DNA of 64,000 bases from the NCBI GenBank assembly GCA_944323265.1, contig CALURX010000001.1, positions 39,430 to 103,429 on the forward strand, in the 5' to 3' direction. A program made the translations under genes and the position numbers. The notes beneath the pieces were generated by a model that was not told where the DNA came from, did not search any database, and was given only the letters and a program-made list of their open reading frames with translations. The DNA comes from Candidatus Gastranaerophilales bacterium (GTDB lineage: Bacteria > Cyanobacteriota > Vampirovibrionia > Gastranaerophilales > Gastranaerophilaceae). Positions 8,832 through 18,703 of the stretch are shown piece after piece; the stretch's first letter is position 1, and each line of letters opens with the position of its first letter.

Positions 8832-8859
8832 TTAACGGCATAATTAAAAAGAAACTTTA
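8832..8859 (-). promoter_or_regulatory. Sigma28 (FliA/SigD)-like promoter
   Basis: Minus strand TAAAGTTT-N12-GCCGTTAA versus consensus TAAAGTTT-N11-GCCGATAA, about 50 bp upstream of ATG 8784. Confidence 0.55.
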
Positions 8860-8885
8860 GGGAGTAAAACTTAAAATGTGCAATT

Positions 8886-8944
<59 letters not shown>

Positions 8945-9073
8945 TGTTTGCGCTTATTGTAACAATATTATAAATTGCTTTACATTTGAATATATATTAA
9001 TAAAATGATACTAATCTGGTAGATTCTGGATTGCAGGTAGGTGGATTTCATTTAACCTACCTGCTTGCTTGTC

Positions 9074-9119
9074 TAAGACACAAAAAGACCTGCTTTCGAG
9101 CAGGTCTTTTTGTGTCTTA
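9074..9119. terminator. 21-bp perfect hairpin, bidirectional terminator for dapL and an opposing transcript
   Basis: TAAGACACAAAAAGACCTGCT-ttcg-AGCAGGTCTTTTTGTGTCTTA. Confidence 0.85.
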
Positions 9120-9127
9120 AAAACTTT

Positions 9128-10297
9128 CTACATAAACAGTTTTTCAAACCGCTCCATAGCTTCTCTTGTGTTTTCTTTGGAGCCAAATGAAGTTAAACGG
9201 AAGTATCCTTCACCATTTTTTCCAAAGCCTGAGCCCGGAGTGCCTACAACTTGCGCGTTTTCTAACAAATAATCAAAGAATTCCCATGATGTCATATTGT
9301 TTGGGCATTTTAGCCATATATAAGGAGAATATTTACCGCCGACATGCCATATATTACACCTTTTCAATGTCTCGGAAATCAATTTGGCATTCTCTTTATA
9401 GTAATTAAGATTTTCTTTAATTTCTTTTTGCCCATCTTCCGTAAATACCGCTTCTGCAGCTCGCTGGACTATATAGGGCACACCGTTGAATTTTGTTGTC
9501 TGACGTCTCAGCCACATTTTATTTAACTTCCCTAAAGCCTTTGGTACAATTGTGTATCCGCATCTTGTACCGGTAAATCCTGCCATTTTAGAGAGTGAAC
9601 AAAATTCTATAGCACATTCTTTTGCACCTTCTATCTCGTATATGCTGTGAGGAAGGCTGTTGTCGTCAATAAAGCATTCATAAGCCGCATCAAACAGGAT
9701 TACAGCTCCAAGCTCTCTTGCATAATCAACCCACTTCTTTAACTGTTCTTTGTTATACGCTGCACCTGTAGGGTTATTTGGAGAGCAAATATATATGATG
9801 TCGGCTTTTACACCTTTATCCGGCAGCGGTAAGAAACAGTTTTCCCCATTTGCATCAGCAAAAACAACTTTTCTGCCGGCCATAATATTAGTATCAACAT
9901 ACACCGGATAAACCGGATCAGGAACCAAAACCGTATTATCTTGTGAAAATAAGTCAAGAATATTTCCTAAATCACTCTTTGCACCGTCAGATATGAATAT
10001 TTCGTCAAGTTCCAGTTCAACTCCGTGGCTTAGATAATATTTTTTCACTGCCTCTCTTAAAAAATCATAACCCTGCTCTGGACCATATCCTCTGAAAGTT
10101 GCTTGAACGCCCATTTCATCAACAGCTTTGTGCATAGCGCCTATTACAGCTTTGCATAAAGGCAAAGTAACATCGCCGATACCCAGCCTGATAACTTTTT
10201 TGTCAGGATTCTTTGCTGTAAATTCATTAACCTTTTTTGCGACTGTTGAGAATAAATAACTTTGTTCTAAATTTTCATAGTTTTTGTTTATTTTCAT
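9128..10297 (-). CDS. dapL: LL-diaminopimelate aminotransferase
   Basis: SYLFSTVAKKV, IRLGIGDVT, GYGPEQGYDFLR, SDGAKSD, CSPNNPTG, SLSKMAGFTGTRCG. Confidence 0.95.
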   Translation of the reverse strand: MKINKNYENLEQSYLFSTVAKKVNEFTAKNPDKKVIRLGIGDVTLPLCKAVIGAMHKAVDEMGVQATFRGYGPEQGYDFLREAVKKYYLSHGVELELDEIFISDGAKSDLGNILDLFSQDNTVLVPDPVYPVYVDTNIMAGRKVVFADANGENCFLPLPDKGVKADIIYICSPNNPTGAAYNKEQLKKWVDYARELGAVILFDAAYECFIDDNSLPHSIYEIEGAKECAIEFCSLSKMAGFTGTRCGYTIVPKALGKLNKMWLRRQTTKFNGVPYIVQRAAEAVFTEDGQKEIKENLNYYKENAKLISETLKRCNIWHVGGKYSPYIWLKCPNNMTSWEFFDYLLENAQVVGTPGSGFGKNGEGYFRLTSFGSKENTREAMERFEKLFM

Positions 10298-10306
10298 ACT
10301 GCCCTC

Positions 10307-10840
10307 TTATTTTTTTAATATTTTACTAATAGGATGCTCTTTAACCATTTCCGACACAAAGCTCATAAAATCTTTTATAAAAGCTTGAATATTTTCAAAC
10401 TCTTCTACTGTTGGCATTTTCACATAACATTTTTTGACAATATTGTTATTATCAAAATTTTCATTAGCCTCTTTTACTATATTTTCGCCATCCTTTAAAA
10501 TTGTTGTCCATTTGGAAAATAAAGGTTTTTCCATTTTTTTTACTTCACCGGTTTCATTATTAACAAAAAAAGCTGTCTTTTTGTTAACACCAATAACAGA
10601 TTCACCATGCATCGTACCAACATTCTTACGCCCCTGCGTAAACCATCTGAAATCAGCAATTTTAGAATCTTTGCCAATAATTACTTTATCCAGAATCATT
10701 GCTTCAAAAAAATTATCCTTATTAGGATACACAGATTCCTGATTCATTTTATCCAACAGAGAGTGCAGATTTTGCATCCCATCTTTTGATAAATATCTTT
10801 TTGCCTGAAAATTTTGCCCCTGAATACTTTGAATTTTCAA
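10307..10840 (-). CDS. Hypothetical lineage-specific protein
   Basis: 177-aa ORF with SD; N-terminus MKIQSIQGQNFQAK. Confidence 0.75.
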   Translation of the reverse strand: MKIQSIQGQNFQAKRYLSKDGMQNLHSLLDKMNQESVYPNKDNFFEAMILDKVIIGKDSKIADFRWFTQGRKNVGTMHGESVIGVNKKTAFFVNNETGEVKKMEKPLFSKWTTILKDGENIVKEANENFDNNNIVKKCYVKMPTVEEFENIQAFIKDFMSFVSEMVKEHPISKILKK

Positions 10841-10886
10841 AACCTTCTCCTTAACTAAATCTATCTCTCCTTTACCCCTTTATCCC

Positions 10887-11411
10887 TTATTGGTCGGATT
10901 CTTCGTGTCGGCCTTTCATCATCTTTTCAAAATCAGAAGGTTTTATATTCTGGATAAAATCTTTAAATTCCTGTGCTTCTTCTTCATCTTTGGCAGAATC
11001 GGTTGATACAGAGCCGTTCATAAGAACATTTGCAGTAACAAATATCGGAGCTTCCGCTCTCATTGCAACAGCTATGGCATCAGAAGGGCGGGCGTCTATC
11101 TCTAAAGTTTCGCCGTCTTTTACAAGATACAGAGTTGCATAGTATGTATCTTTTTCAACATCGTTGATTTCAACCTTTTCAAGCTTGTAACCTGTTTTTT
11201 CGATAATATTAGTAATCAAATCGTGTGTCATCGGACGTGCTACAACAAGTCCTTCTATACATCTTATAATAGCGCTTGCTTCAGCAGAACCAATCCATAT
11301 AGGAAGCGCCTTTCTGTTATCTAAATCATGCAGTACAACAATCGGCGAATTTGTTCGGACATCCAATGCTATACCCATTACTTTCATTTCTATCATTTCA
11401 TTTGCCCTCAA
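10887..11411 (-). CDS. Bifunctional nuclease family protein (DUF151)
   Basis: LPIWIGSAEA, RPMTHDL, IDARPSDAIAVA. Confidence 0.92.
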   Translation of the reverse strand: MRANEMIEMKVMGIALDVRTNSPIVVLHDLDNRKALPIWIGSAEASAIIRCIEGLVVARPMTHDLITNIIEKTGYKLEKVEINDVEKDTYYATLYLVKDGETLEIDARPSDAIAVAMRAEAPIFVTANVLMNGSVSTDSAKDEEEAQEFKDFIQNIKPSDFEKMMKGRHEESDQ

Positions 11412-11470
11412 CCAGTGTGAACTTGAGCCTATTATAACATAAAAGAGAATTATATGATATAATCCAATGT

Positions 11471-12256
11471 ATGAAATTTAATGTTATATACAATCAGACC
11501 ATAACTAATTATAAGGACGTTCTATCAGCTGTTGAAAACGCTCTTATCAAAAGCAATATAGAGTTTCGTTCGTTTAATATAGACTGCATGGAAGATTTCG
11601 GGGATTTTACAATTGTTATCGGCGGTGATGGAACTCTTTTGAAGGCCGCAAGATTTTATTCTAAAACTAAGACACCTGTATTTGGTATCAACGTCGGCCG
11701 TTTAGGCTTTTTAGCACAAGCAGGGAATGGTGAGATAGATAATGCTATAAAAGCAATTCTGAAAGGACAATATTCAACAGAAGAACGCCTGATGCTTTCA
11801 GCAGGCTCGTCTCTAGCTTTAAACGATTTTGTAATCAAAGGCTGTTCTCCGAGCAGAACCTCAAAACTATTTTTAGAAATTAACGGAAAATTTGTCTGTG
11901 ACTATATTGCGGATGGTTTGATTATTTCAACTCCAACAGGCTCTACAGCTTATGGACTTTCAGCAGGCGGACCTGTATTATACCCGACACTGGATGCACT
12001 TGTAATCGTACCTATATGTCCGCATACACTAAACGCAAGACCTCTTGTTATTCCGTCAGATGAACAAATTACAGTTAAAACAGGAGATAAGCTGCTTTCA
12101 GTTGCCGCAGACGGTATTGATACAATGGAATGTGTTAATAAAATTGATATCAAGGCTGCTAAAGAGAAAGCAATACTTGCCTTTTTAAAAGATGACAGTT
12201 TTTATTCTGTATTAAGAAGTAAGCTTCACTGGGGCATTTCGCCCACTTCGATATAA
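11471..12256 (+). CDS. nadK: NAD kinase
   Basis: GGDGTLL, GINVGRLGFL, ALND, DGLIISTPTGSTAYGLSAGGP. Confidence 0.95.
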   Translation: MKFNVIYNQTITNYKDVLSAVENALIKSNIEFRSFNIDCMEDFGDFTIVIGGDGTLLKAARFYSKTKTPVFGINVGRLGFLAQAGNGEIDNAIKAILKGQYSTEERLMLSAGSSLALNDFVIKGCSPSRTSKLFLEINGKFVCDYIADGLIISTPTGSTAYGLSAGGPVLYPTLDALVIVPICPHTLNARPLVIPSDEQITVKTGDKLLSVAADGIDTMECVNKIDIKAAKEKAILAFLKDDSFYSVLRSKLHWGISPTSI

Positions 12257-12325
12257 ACAATTTCATACAAAAAAATGAACTCTAATTTTTGTTTGTCGTC
12301 TATAATGTAGAAGAGACACAGATAA

Positions 12326-13870
12326 ATGAAAAATAAAATTCGGATATTATTAATACTAATATGTTTGACTGTAGGAGTGAGGGCTTATGCAATACAGAAT
12401 ATTCAGATTGAAAAACATGCTTCACTCGGACTAAATGATTGTATTCGTATTGCTCTTAATAATAGTCCGGTTGTAAAAAGATATATATTAAACCTTGATA
12501 TAGCAAAATCTAGTGTAGGTGTTGCAAAATCTGCATATTTTCCGACCCTTTCCGCTGGTGTTGGGTATAGCCAAGGATTTGGGCACAGAAATAATAATAC
12601 AAGCTATAATACACGAACGCTGCCCGGATTCGATGCGTCTCTATCGCAGCTATTATGGAATTTTGGGAAAACCGGCGCTAATATAAGAATGGAAAAATTT
12701 AACAGAATAGCGGCGGAATTTGATTTTGACGAAACTGTTTTAACAACGATTTTTAATGTTAAACTTCAATATTATGCTGTATTAGCGGCAAGATCTTTGA
12801 TGGAAGTCGAAAAGCTTAACGTGCAGATAAATGAGAGAAACTACCAAAGAACTCTCGCGTATTATGAGGAAGGTATAAGATCAAAAATTGATCTTGTAAA
12901 CGCCGAAGTTAACCTTAGTGACTCAAAAATAGCATTAGTAAATGCAGAAAATACATATAAAAATGCCATTGTAAATTTAAACAATGCTATGTATGTAGCG
13001 TATGCTCCGGAGTATAGTATAAAAAATACCGAGACTTTTAACCTTTCAAACCCTTATGTTCCAATGAGTTTGAAGAATATTGATAAATATGACAGATTAC
13101 TGAAACTTCCGGAGGATATTTCGGATGCTACTTATGCAGTTAAAGCTGAAAAAAGTAATGTACTCGCAAACTATGTATTCCAAAAATATCCGTATACATT
13201 TGAAAAATCTGTAACAATAGCAAAAGAAAACCGGCCTGATTTAAAAGCTCTTGTTGCTACAGTTAATGCGATGAAACAATATGTTCTTTTGACCAAACGT
13301 CAATATTTGCCGGAACTTAGAGGCGGCGTCGGATACAGTTATGATAACAGCAGATTCTACTCCCAAAATGGAATGAATGTATCTTTAAATCTTGATACAA
13401 CATTTAATATAAAACAGGTTAAACATGAAGTAGATATTGCAAATTCAGAATTGAATCTAGCAAAAACAGAGGTTGAACTGCTTAATCAGAATATGTACTT
13501 TACAATCCAATCTGCTTATATTGATATGATACAGCTAGAAAAGCAGATACCGCTTCTGGAGACCAAAGTGCGTCAGACACTTGAAAACTTAGAGCTTGCA
13601 GACGGCAGGTATGAAGTCGGATTGGGCGATTATATCCAGCTTCAAGACGCAAGAGTTAATTATAACAATGCTCAAAGCTCTTATGTTCAAGCGGTTTATA
13701 ATTATAATGTAGCGCGTGCAACTTTAGAAAGGGAAATAGCGCTTCCTCAAGAAGAGACTTTGACGGTTGAAGACGTAAAAGACTATCAAAAAGACTTAAA
13801 AAAACAAGAAAAACAAGTTAAGAAAAATACCAAAAAAATTAAAAACACTGAAAAAAAGGATAATGTATGA
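12326..13870 (+). CDS. TolC-family outer membrane efflux protein
   Basis: Signal peptide, AKSAYFPTLS, YLPEL, RYEVGLGDYIQLQDAR. Confidence 0.9.
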   Translation: MKNKIRILLILICLTVGVRAYAIQNIQIEKHASLGLNDCIRIALNNSPVVKRYILNLDIAKSSVGVAKSAYFPTLSAGVGYSQGFGHRNNNTSYNTRTLPGFDASLSQLLWNFGKTGANIRMEKFNRIAAEFDFDETVLTTIFNVKLQYYAVLAARSLMEVEKLNVQINERNYQRTLAYYEEGIRSKIDLVNAEVNLSDSKIALVNAENTYKNAIVNLNNAMYVAYAPEYSIKNTETFNLSNPYVPMSLKNIDKYDRLLKLPEDISDATYAVKAEKSNVLANYVFQKYPYTFEKSVTIAKENRPDLKALVATVNAMKQYVLLTKRQYLPELRGGVGYSYDNSRFYSQNGMNVSLNLDTTFNIKQVKHEVDIANSELNLAKTEVELLNQNMYFTIQSAYIDMIQLEKQIPLLETKVRQTLENLELADGRYEVGLGDYIQLQDARVNYNNAQSSYVQAVYNYNVARATLEREIALPQEETLTVEDVKDYQKDLKKQEKQVKKNTKKIKNTEKKDNV

Positions 13871-15033
13871 AGATTCCTGAAATACTAAAAAAGAAACGCG
13901 GTATACTCGCAATTGTTGCTATTGTTTTGATATTAATTTTCATAATATCATCTCTTACCAAAAATAGAGTACAATACCAGACCGCCAAAATAAAACGCAG
14001 AACTATAACACAAGTAGTTGAAGCCTCAGGCACAATAAATCCTGTTAATACTGTTTCTGTAGGTTCAACGGTTTCCGGGCTTATAAGTGCAATATATGTT
14101 GATTTCAATTCAAAAGTTACAAAGGGACAGCTTCTTGCGGAGATTGACCCCAGAACATTTCAGGCGACTGTAGATCAAAATGCCGCTTCTATGGCATCTG
14201 CCCAGGCTGATTTAGCTAATAGAGAAGCAACTTTTGAGATGGCAGCAAAAACTTTAAGGCGCTACAAAAATCTTTATGCAAAAGATTTTATTCCCAAAAG
14301 TGAATTAGACCAAGCAGAAAGCGACTATAAAGCGAGCTTAGCTCAGGTGAATGCAGCAAGAGCAAAAATAAATCAAACACAGGCTCAATATAACCAGTCA
14401 CTTGTAAATTTGAATTATACCAAAATAACTGCGCCTGTAGACGGCATGATTATTTCTCGAGAAATCGACCTTGGTCAGCCGGTTGCAGCAAGCTTTCAGG
14501 CTCCTGAATTATTCACAATCGCGCAGGATTTAGAAAAAATGCAGATAGAGGTTAATGTATCTGAAGCTGATATTGGAGATGTCAAGGAAGGGCAGGATGT
14601 CACCTATACGCTTGACGGCTATCCGAATAGTACCTTTAACGGTAAAGTAACGCAGGTTAGAATTTCTCCTACTACTGTATCAAATGTTGTTACGTACTCG
14701 GTTATTGTAACCGTTGATAACAGTGATTTAAAGTTAAAGCCAGGCATGACTGCTAACGTTTCTATTATTACCGCCCAAAATAAAGATGTACTCAGTGTGC
14801 CGAATGTTGCATTAAAATTTACTCCCGAAACCAGTGGTAAAAAATATAAAACTCAAGGGTTATGGGTTAAAGATGGCCTAAAGCTTAAAAGAATTGATAT
14901 TACAACCGGAGCCAGCGATGATTCTTATACTGAAGTCAACGGAGACGGAATTTATGAAGGACAGCGTATTCTGGTAGGAATAAAAAGCGGAAAAAGTTCA
15001 AAGCAAAATGAATTTAGACCGCCTAGATTATAA
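13867..15033 (+). CDS. Efflux periplasmic adaptor subunit (MacA/HlyD-like)
   Basis: VGSTVSGLISAIYVDFNSKVTKGQLLAEID, ITAPVDG, VSEADIG, LKPGMTANV. Confidence 0.92.
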   Translation: MKIPEILKKKRGILAIVAIVLILIFIISSLTKNRVQYQTAKIKRRTITQVVEASGTINPVNTVSVGSTVSGLISAIYVDFNSKVTKGQLLAEIDPRTFQATVDQNAASMASAQADLANREATFEMAAKTLRRYKNLYAKDFIPKSELDQAESDYKASLAQVNAARAKINQTQAQYNQSLVNLNYTKITAPVDGMIISREIDLGQPVAASFQAPELFTIAQDLEKMQIEVNVSEADIGDVKEGQDVTYTLDGYPNSTFNGKVTQVRISPTTVSNVVTYSVIVTVDNSDLKLKPGMTANVSIITAQNKDVLSVPNVALKFTPETSGKKYKTQGLWVKDGLKLKRIDITTGASDDSYTEVNGDGIYEGQRILVGIKSGKSSKQNEFRPPRL

Positions 15034-15035
15034 AT

Positions 15036-15064
15036 AAAATCCGCCGTTTTGCGGCGGATTTTTT
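15036..15064. terminator. Bidirectional terminator
   Basis: AAAATCCGCCG-ttttg-CGGCGGATTTT between convergent genes. Confidence 0.88.
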
Positions 15065-15079
15065 ATATTTTTTATTTTG

Positions 15080-15550
15080 TTATGAACCAGGTTTTGTTGT
15101 TTCGGAATCAGGTTTCTTAGGAGTTTCGCCTTTTGGCGGCTCTGGTTTAACTTCAGGATTAGTTTCAGGAGCTTTTTTACCCTTTTTGAACCAGTTCCAC
15201 GGCAATAGTTTTTTGAACGAGAATTTATCTTTTTTCTTGGTTGTCAATTCAGTAATTTTGTTATTTGCATCATCAAGCTGCGTTGTAAGTTCCGTATTTT
15301 TTGCAGTAAGATTATCAATTTCTTGTTTCAGTCCTGAGACTTTCTTTGCTTTCATTGCACCATAACCAAGTCCGCCTAATGCAAGTATCCCTAATGCAGT
15401 GTATCCCAGCATATTGGAAGACGCATTTCTTTTTTCTACATCATTAGATTCATAAACCATAGGCATTGAAGAATAGTCTTCATATCCCTGCGCCTGATTT
15501 GGAACTGTCATAGCATAATCTACTGTTCCAACATTTTTAATCGGTTCCAT
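15080..15550 (-). CDS. Hypothetical single-pass membrane protein with coiled-coil and Pro/Lys-rich tail
   Basis: Internal TM ALGILALGGLGYGAM; start set to MEPIK (ATG 15550) behind AGAAAGG SD. Confidence 0.75.
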   Translation of the reverse strand: MEPIKNVGTVDYAMTVPNQAQGYEDYSSMPMVYESNDVEKRNASSNMLGYTALGILALGGLGYGAMKAKKVSGLKQEIDNLTAKNTELTTQLDDANNKITELTTKKKDKFSFKKLLPWNWFKKGKKAPETNPEVKPEPPKGETPKKPDSETTKPGS

Positions 15551-15693
15551 AAACAACACCTTTCTTCATGTAAATTTTACTACGCTTGTATCTATAATAA
15601 AACAGAAGCTGTCCAAAAATTGCCTTTCTTTCAGGATATTGTAAACAAAATGTTACATAAAAGGACGAAAAGTTTAATTTTCCCCCGCAAACT

Positions 15694-17463
15694 CTATTTA
15701 CTTCTCTGGAAGAATTTTGCAATGTCTTTATGCTCTATAATCTTTGATATAGGTCTGCCATGCGGACAGGTAAAAGGCTTTTCGCACGTACGCCAGTTTC
15801 TTATTATCTCCTGCATCTGGAAGTTATTCAAATATGTATTTGCCTTAACCGCGGCCTTGCAGGATGTCGTAATAAGAATCTGCTCCTCAATATTATCAAT
15901 ATCTCCCTGAATGTTCTCCAAAATATCCGCAAGAATTTCTTTGGGTGCAACTTTAGATAGAATTTGCGGAACTTTTCTGAATATGAGTTCATCTTCTGAG
16001 GTAAATTCTATTTCATAGCCAAACTTTGCAAGTTTATCCTTATTACTTTCTAAAAGTTCCCTGTCGCTTGGTGAAACTTTTATGACGTCTGAAATAAACA
16101 AAAGCTGGCAATCTATGTTTTTTGATTTTTTCAGCTTTTCATAAATATATCTTTCCTCTGCTATATGCTGGTCAACAATTTCCAGGCCCTCTTCGCGTTC
16201 AATAAGAATATATGTTTTTCTATATTGTCCTATAATCATCTCTTCCGGTTTGGTTGAAACAGTTTCCTGCATAATTCTTGCCTGTACAGATTCTACAGGC
16301 GCAGGTCTTTTAAACTCTTTTATTTCCGCTGATTTGGGTTTGTCAAAAACAATATTAGGGATACTCTTGTTTTCATCAACGTATATATCGCTTACAAAAG
16401 GTTTTTGATAAACAGGTTTGGGCGCCTCTGTCGGGAGCGGTATATCCTCTTTTTTAGCAGGAATTTTTTGTTCTGCAAGCCCTGATAAAGCCATATCTAT
16501 TGCAGAATGGATAAAATTGAACACCTGATTCGGATTTTTATACCGTACCTCTTTCTTTGTAGGATGCACGTTAACATCAACATCTTCAGGCGGAATCTCC
16601 AGATTTAAGATAATAAAAGGATATCTTGAAGATGCCGTTAAATCTTTGTACACAGTATCAATTGCTTTTTGAAATACAGGACATTTCACATTCCTAAAGT
16701 TTACATACATGTAATAATCTTTTTTACTTGCTCTGGTAAAATCCGGTGTGCTTACATATCCGGAAATTTTTAGTCCTGAAATTTTGTCCGTTTTATGAAC
16801 TTCTTTTAAGCTTTTTGATATTTCTTCCGAAAAAACTTCTTTAACAGTTTGAAGCAAATCACCTTGCCCTGTAGTCTTCAAGCTAGTCTTTCCGTTGTTT
16901 TTCAACTCAAATCCGACTTCAGGATGCACAAGCGATATTGCCTGTATTAGTTCGTTTATATATGCAAATTCGGTTTTAGAAGATTTTAAAAATTTAAGCC
17001 TTGCAGGAATATTGTAGAATAAATCCCGAATTTCCATAATTGTGCCGATAGCGCAGCCGGTCTGGGCTTTTTTTACCTCAGAGTTTTCACACTCGACCTT
17101 TGTTCCGTAATCAAAATCCTTTGTACGCGTAATACAGGTTAACTTAGAAATGGAAATAATACTTGCAAGAGCTTCTCCTCTAAACCCCATAGTCTTAACG
17201 GCATACAAATCTTCGCCGTCATGGATTTTGCTCGTTGCATGTTTTGAGAAGGCCAGAAGAATATCGTCCGGATGAATCCCGGAGCCGTTATCCGCAACTC
17301 TTATATCCCTGCAGTCATTAGAAATTTCAACGCTTATTTTTGTTGCTCCTGCATCAACTGAATTTTCAACAAGCTCTTTGACTACAGAATAAGGACGCTC
17401 TATAACTTCACCCGCTGCAATCTGGTTAATTACATTTTTTGATAACTGAACGATTCTTCCCAT
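15694..17463 (-). CDS. mutL: DNA mismatch repair endonuclease MutL
   Basis: IAAGEVIERP, KELVENSVDAGA, GFRGEALASI, DVNVHPTK, DQHIAEER, TCPHGRP. Confidence 0.97.
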   Translation of the reverse strand: MGRIVQLSKNVINQIAAGEVIERPYSVVKELVENSVDAGATKISVEISNDCRDIRVADNGSGIHPDDILLAFSKHATSKIHDGEDLYAVKTMGFRGEALASIISISKLTCITRTKDFDYGTKVECENSEVKKAQTGCAIGTIMEIRDLFYNIPARLKFLKSSKTEFAYINELIQAISLVHPEVGFELKNNGKTSLKTTGQGDLLQTVKEVFSEEISKSLKEVHKTDKISGLKISGYVSTPDFTRASKKDYYMYVNFRNVKCPVFQKAIDTVYKDLTASSRYPFIILNLEIPPEDVDVNVHPTKKEVRYKNPNQVFNFIHSAIDMALSGLAEQKIPAKKEDIPLPTEAPKPVYQKPFVSDIYVDENKSIPNIVFDKPKSAEIKEFKRPAPVESVQARIMQETVSTKPEEMIIGQYRKTYILIEREEGLEIVDQHIAEERYIYEKLKKSKNIDCQLLFISDVIKVSPSDRELLESNKDKLAKFGYEIEFTSEDELIFRKVPQILSKVAPKEILADILENIQGDIDNIEEQILITTSCKAAVKANTYLNNFQMQEIIRNWRTCEKPFTCPHGRPISKIIEHKDIAKFFQRSK

Positions 17464-17546
17464 ATCTTCCCTTTCTTTTCTAAAATAATATTATAACTCA
17501 ATTTTTTTTAGAGTATAATATTATTACAAATTAAGGAGGAGTATAG

Positions 17547-18677
17547 ATGGCAAAAGGTAATAAGAAAATAAAAGTAGCATTTCCTCATATGGGAACAATC
17601 TCAATTGCCTGGGCTGCGGGCTTAAAAAAAATTGGTGTAGAACCTTATATTCCTCCATATACAAGCAAGAGAACACTATCTCTTGGCACAAAAAATTCTC
17701 CGGAAGCAATATGCCTTCCGTATAAACTTATTCTGGGAAACTTTATAGAAGCTATAGAGGGCGGTGCAGATTATGTTGCGATGATTACGTCTCCCGGAAT
17801 ATGCAGACTGGGCGAGTATGGTACAAATATACATAATACGCTGAAGGATTTAGGATACAAAGCTAATTATATAGAGCTTTCTTTATATGACGGAATTAAA
17901 GGGCTTTATAAGTTCTTAAAAGAAATCTCCGGTAAAAATAACCCGATTCTTATTCTGAGAGCAATTAATATAACGATGAGAAAAATCTTCGCTATAGATG
18001 ATTTGGATAGAGCCCTTTCTTACTACAGAGCCCGCGAGGTAAAATTCGGAGAAGCTGAAAAGAATTACAAAAAAGCCCTGAAAATCATAGATAAAGTCGA
18101 ATCCACAATGGATTTGCATGAAGCTTATGAACGAGCTCTAAAAGAAATTGAAAAAACCGAAATAGATCCGAACCGAGAAGTTTTGAATGTAGATATTACT
18201 GGAGAAATCTTCCTCGTAAATGATGAATTTTCAAACCAGAATATAGAACGAGAACTCGGCAGAATGGGCGTTGAAACCAGAAGAAGCCTTACTGTCGGAA
18301 GCTTTTTGAAAGACGCAATTATCCCAAAAGCTTTCAGACCGCCTGAAACTCACCTTCAAAGAGCTGAGAGAATGGCAAAGCCATATCTTATGAGAGATAT
18401 CGGCGGAGATGCTCTTGAATGCGTTTCTGACGTTGTTTTTGCTGATGAAAAAGGAAAAGACGGCATAATTCATATCTCTCCGTTTACTTGTATGCCGGAG
18501 ATTATGTCACAGAATATCTTCCCGACAATGAGGGGTGAACATGAAATACCTATCTTAACCCTTATTATGGATGAGCAGACCGGGAAAGCAGGCTATATAA
18601 CAAGACTTGAGGCTTTTGTTGACCTTATGAGACGTAAAAAAAGAGCAAAACTTGGTAAAAATAAAACAAGAATATAA
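17547..18677 (+). CDS. 2-hydroxyacyl-CoA dehydratase/activase-related subunit
   Basis: VAFPHMG, ICLPYKLILGNFIE, GICRLGEY, ISPFTCMPE, DEQTGKAGYITRLEAFVD. Confidence 0.8.
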   Translation: MAKGNKKIKVAFPHMGTISIAWAAGLKKIGVEPYIPPYTSKRTLSLGTKNSPEAICLPYKLILGNFIEAIEGGADYVAMITSPGICRLGEYGTNIHNTLKDLGYKANYIELSLYDGIKGLYKFLKEISGKNNPILILRAINITMRKIFAIDDLDRALSYYRAREVKFGEAEKNYKKALKIIDKVESTMDLHEAYERALKEIEKTEIDPNREVLNVDITGEIFLVNDEFSNQNIERELGRMGVETRRSLTVGSFLKDAIIPKAFRPPETHLQRAERMAKPYLMRDIGGDALECVSDVVFADEKGKDGIIHISPFTCMPEIMSQNIFPTMRGEHEIPILTLIMDEQTGKAGYITRLEAFVDLMRRKKRAKLGKNKTRI

Positions 18678-18702
18678 AAAAAGAGCCGGCCGGCTCTTTT
18701 TT
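18677..18702. terminator. Bidirectional terminator
   Basis: AAAAAAGAGCCG-gc-CGGCTCTTTTTT between convergent genes. Confidence 0.8.
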
Positions 18703-18703
18703 A

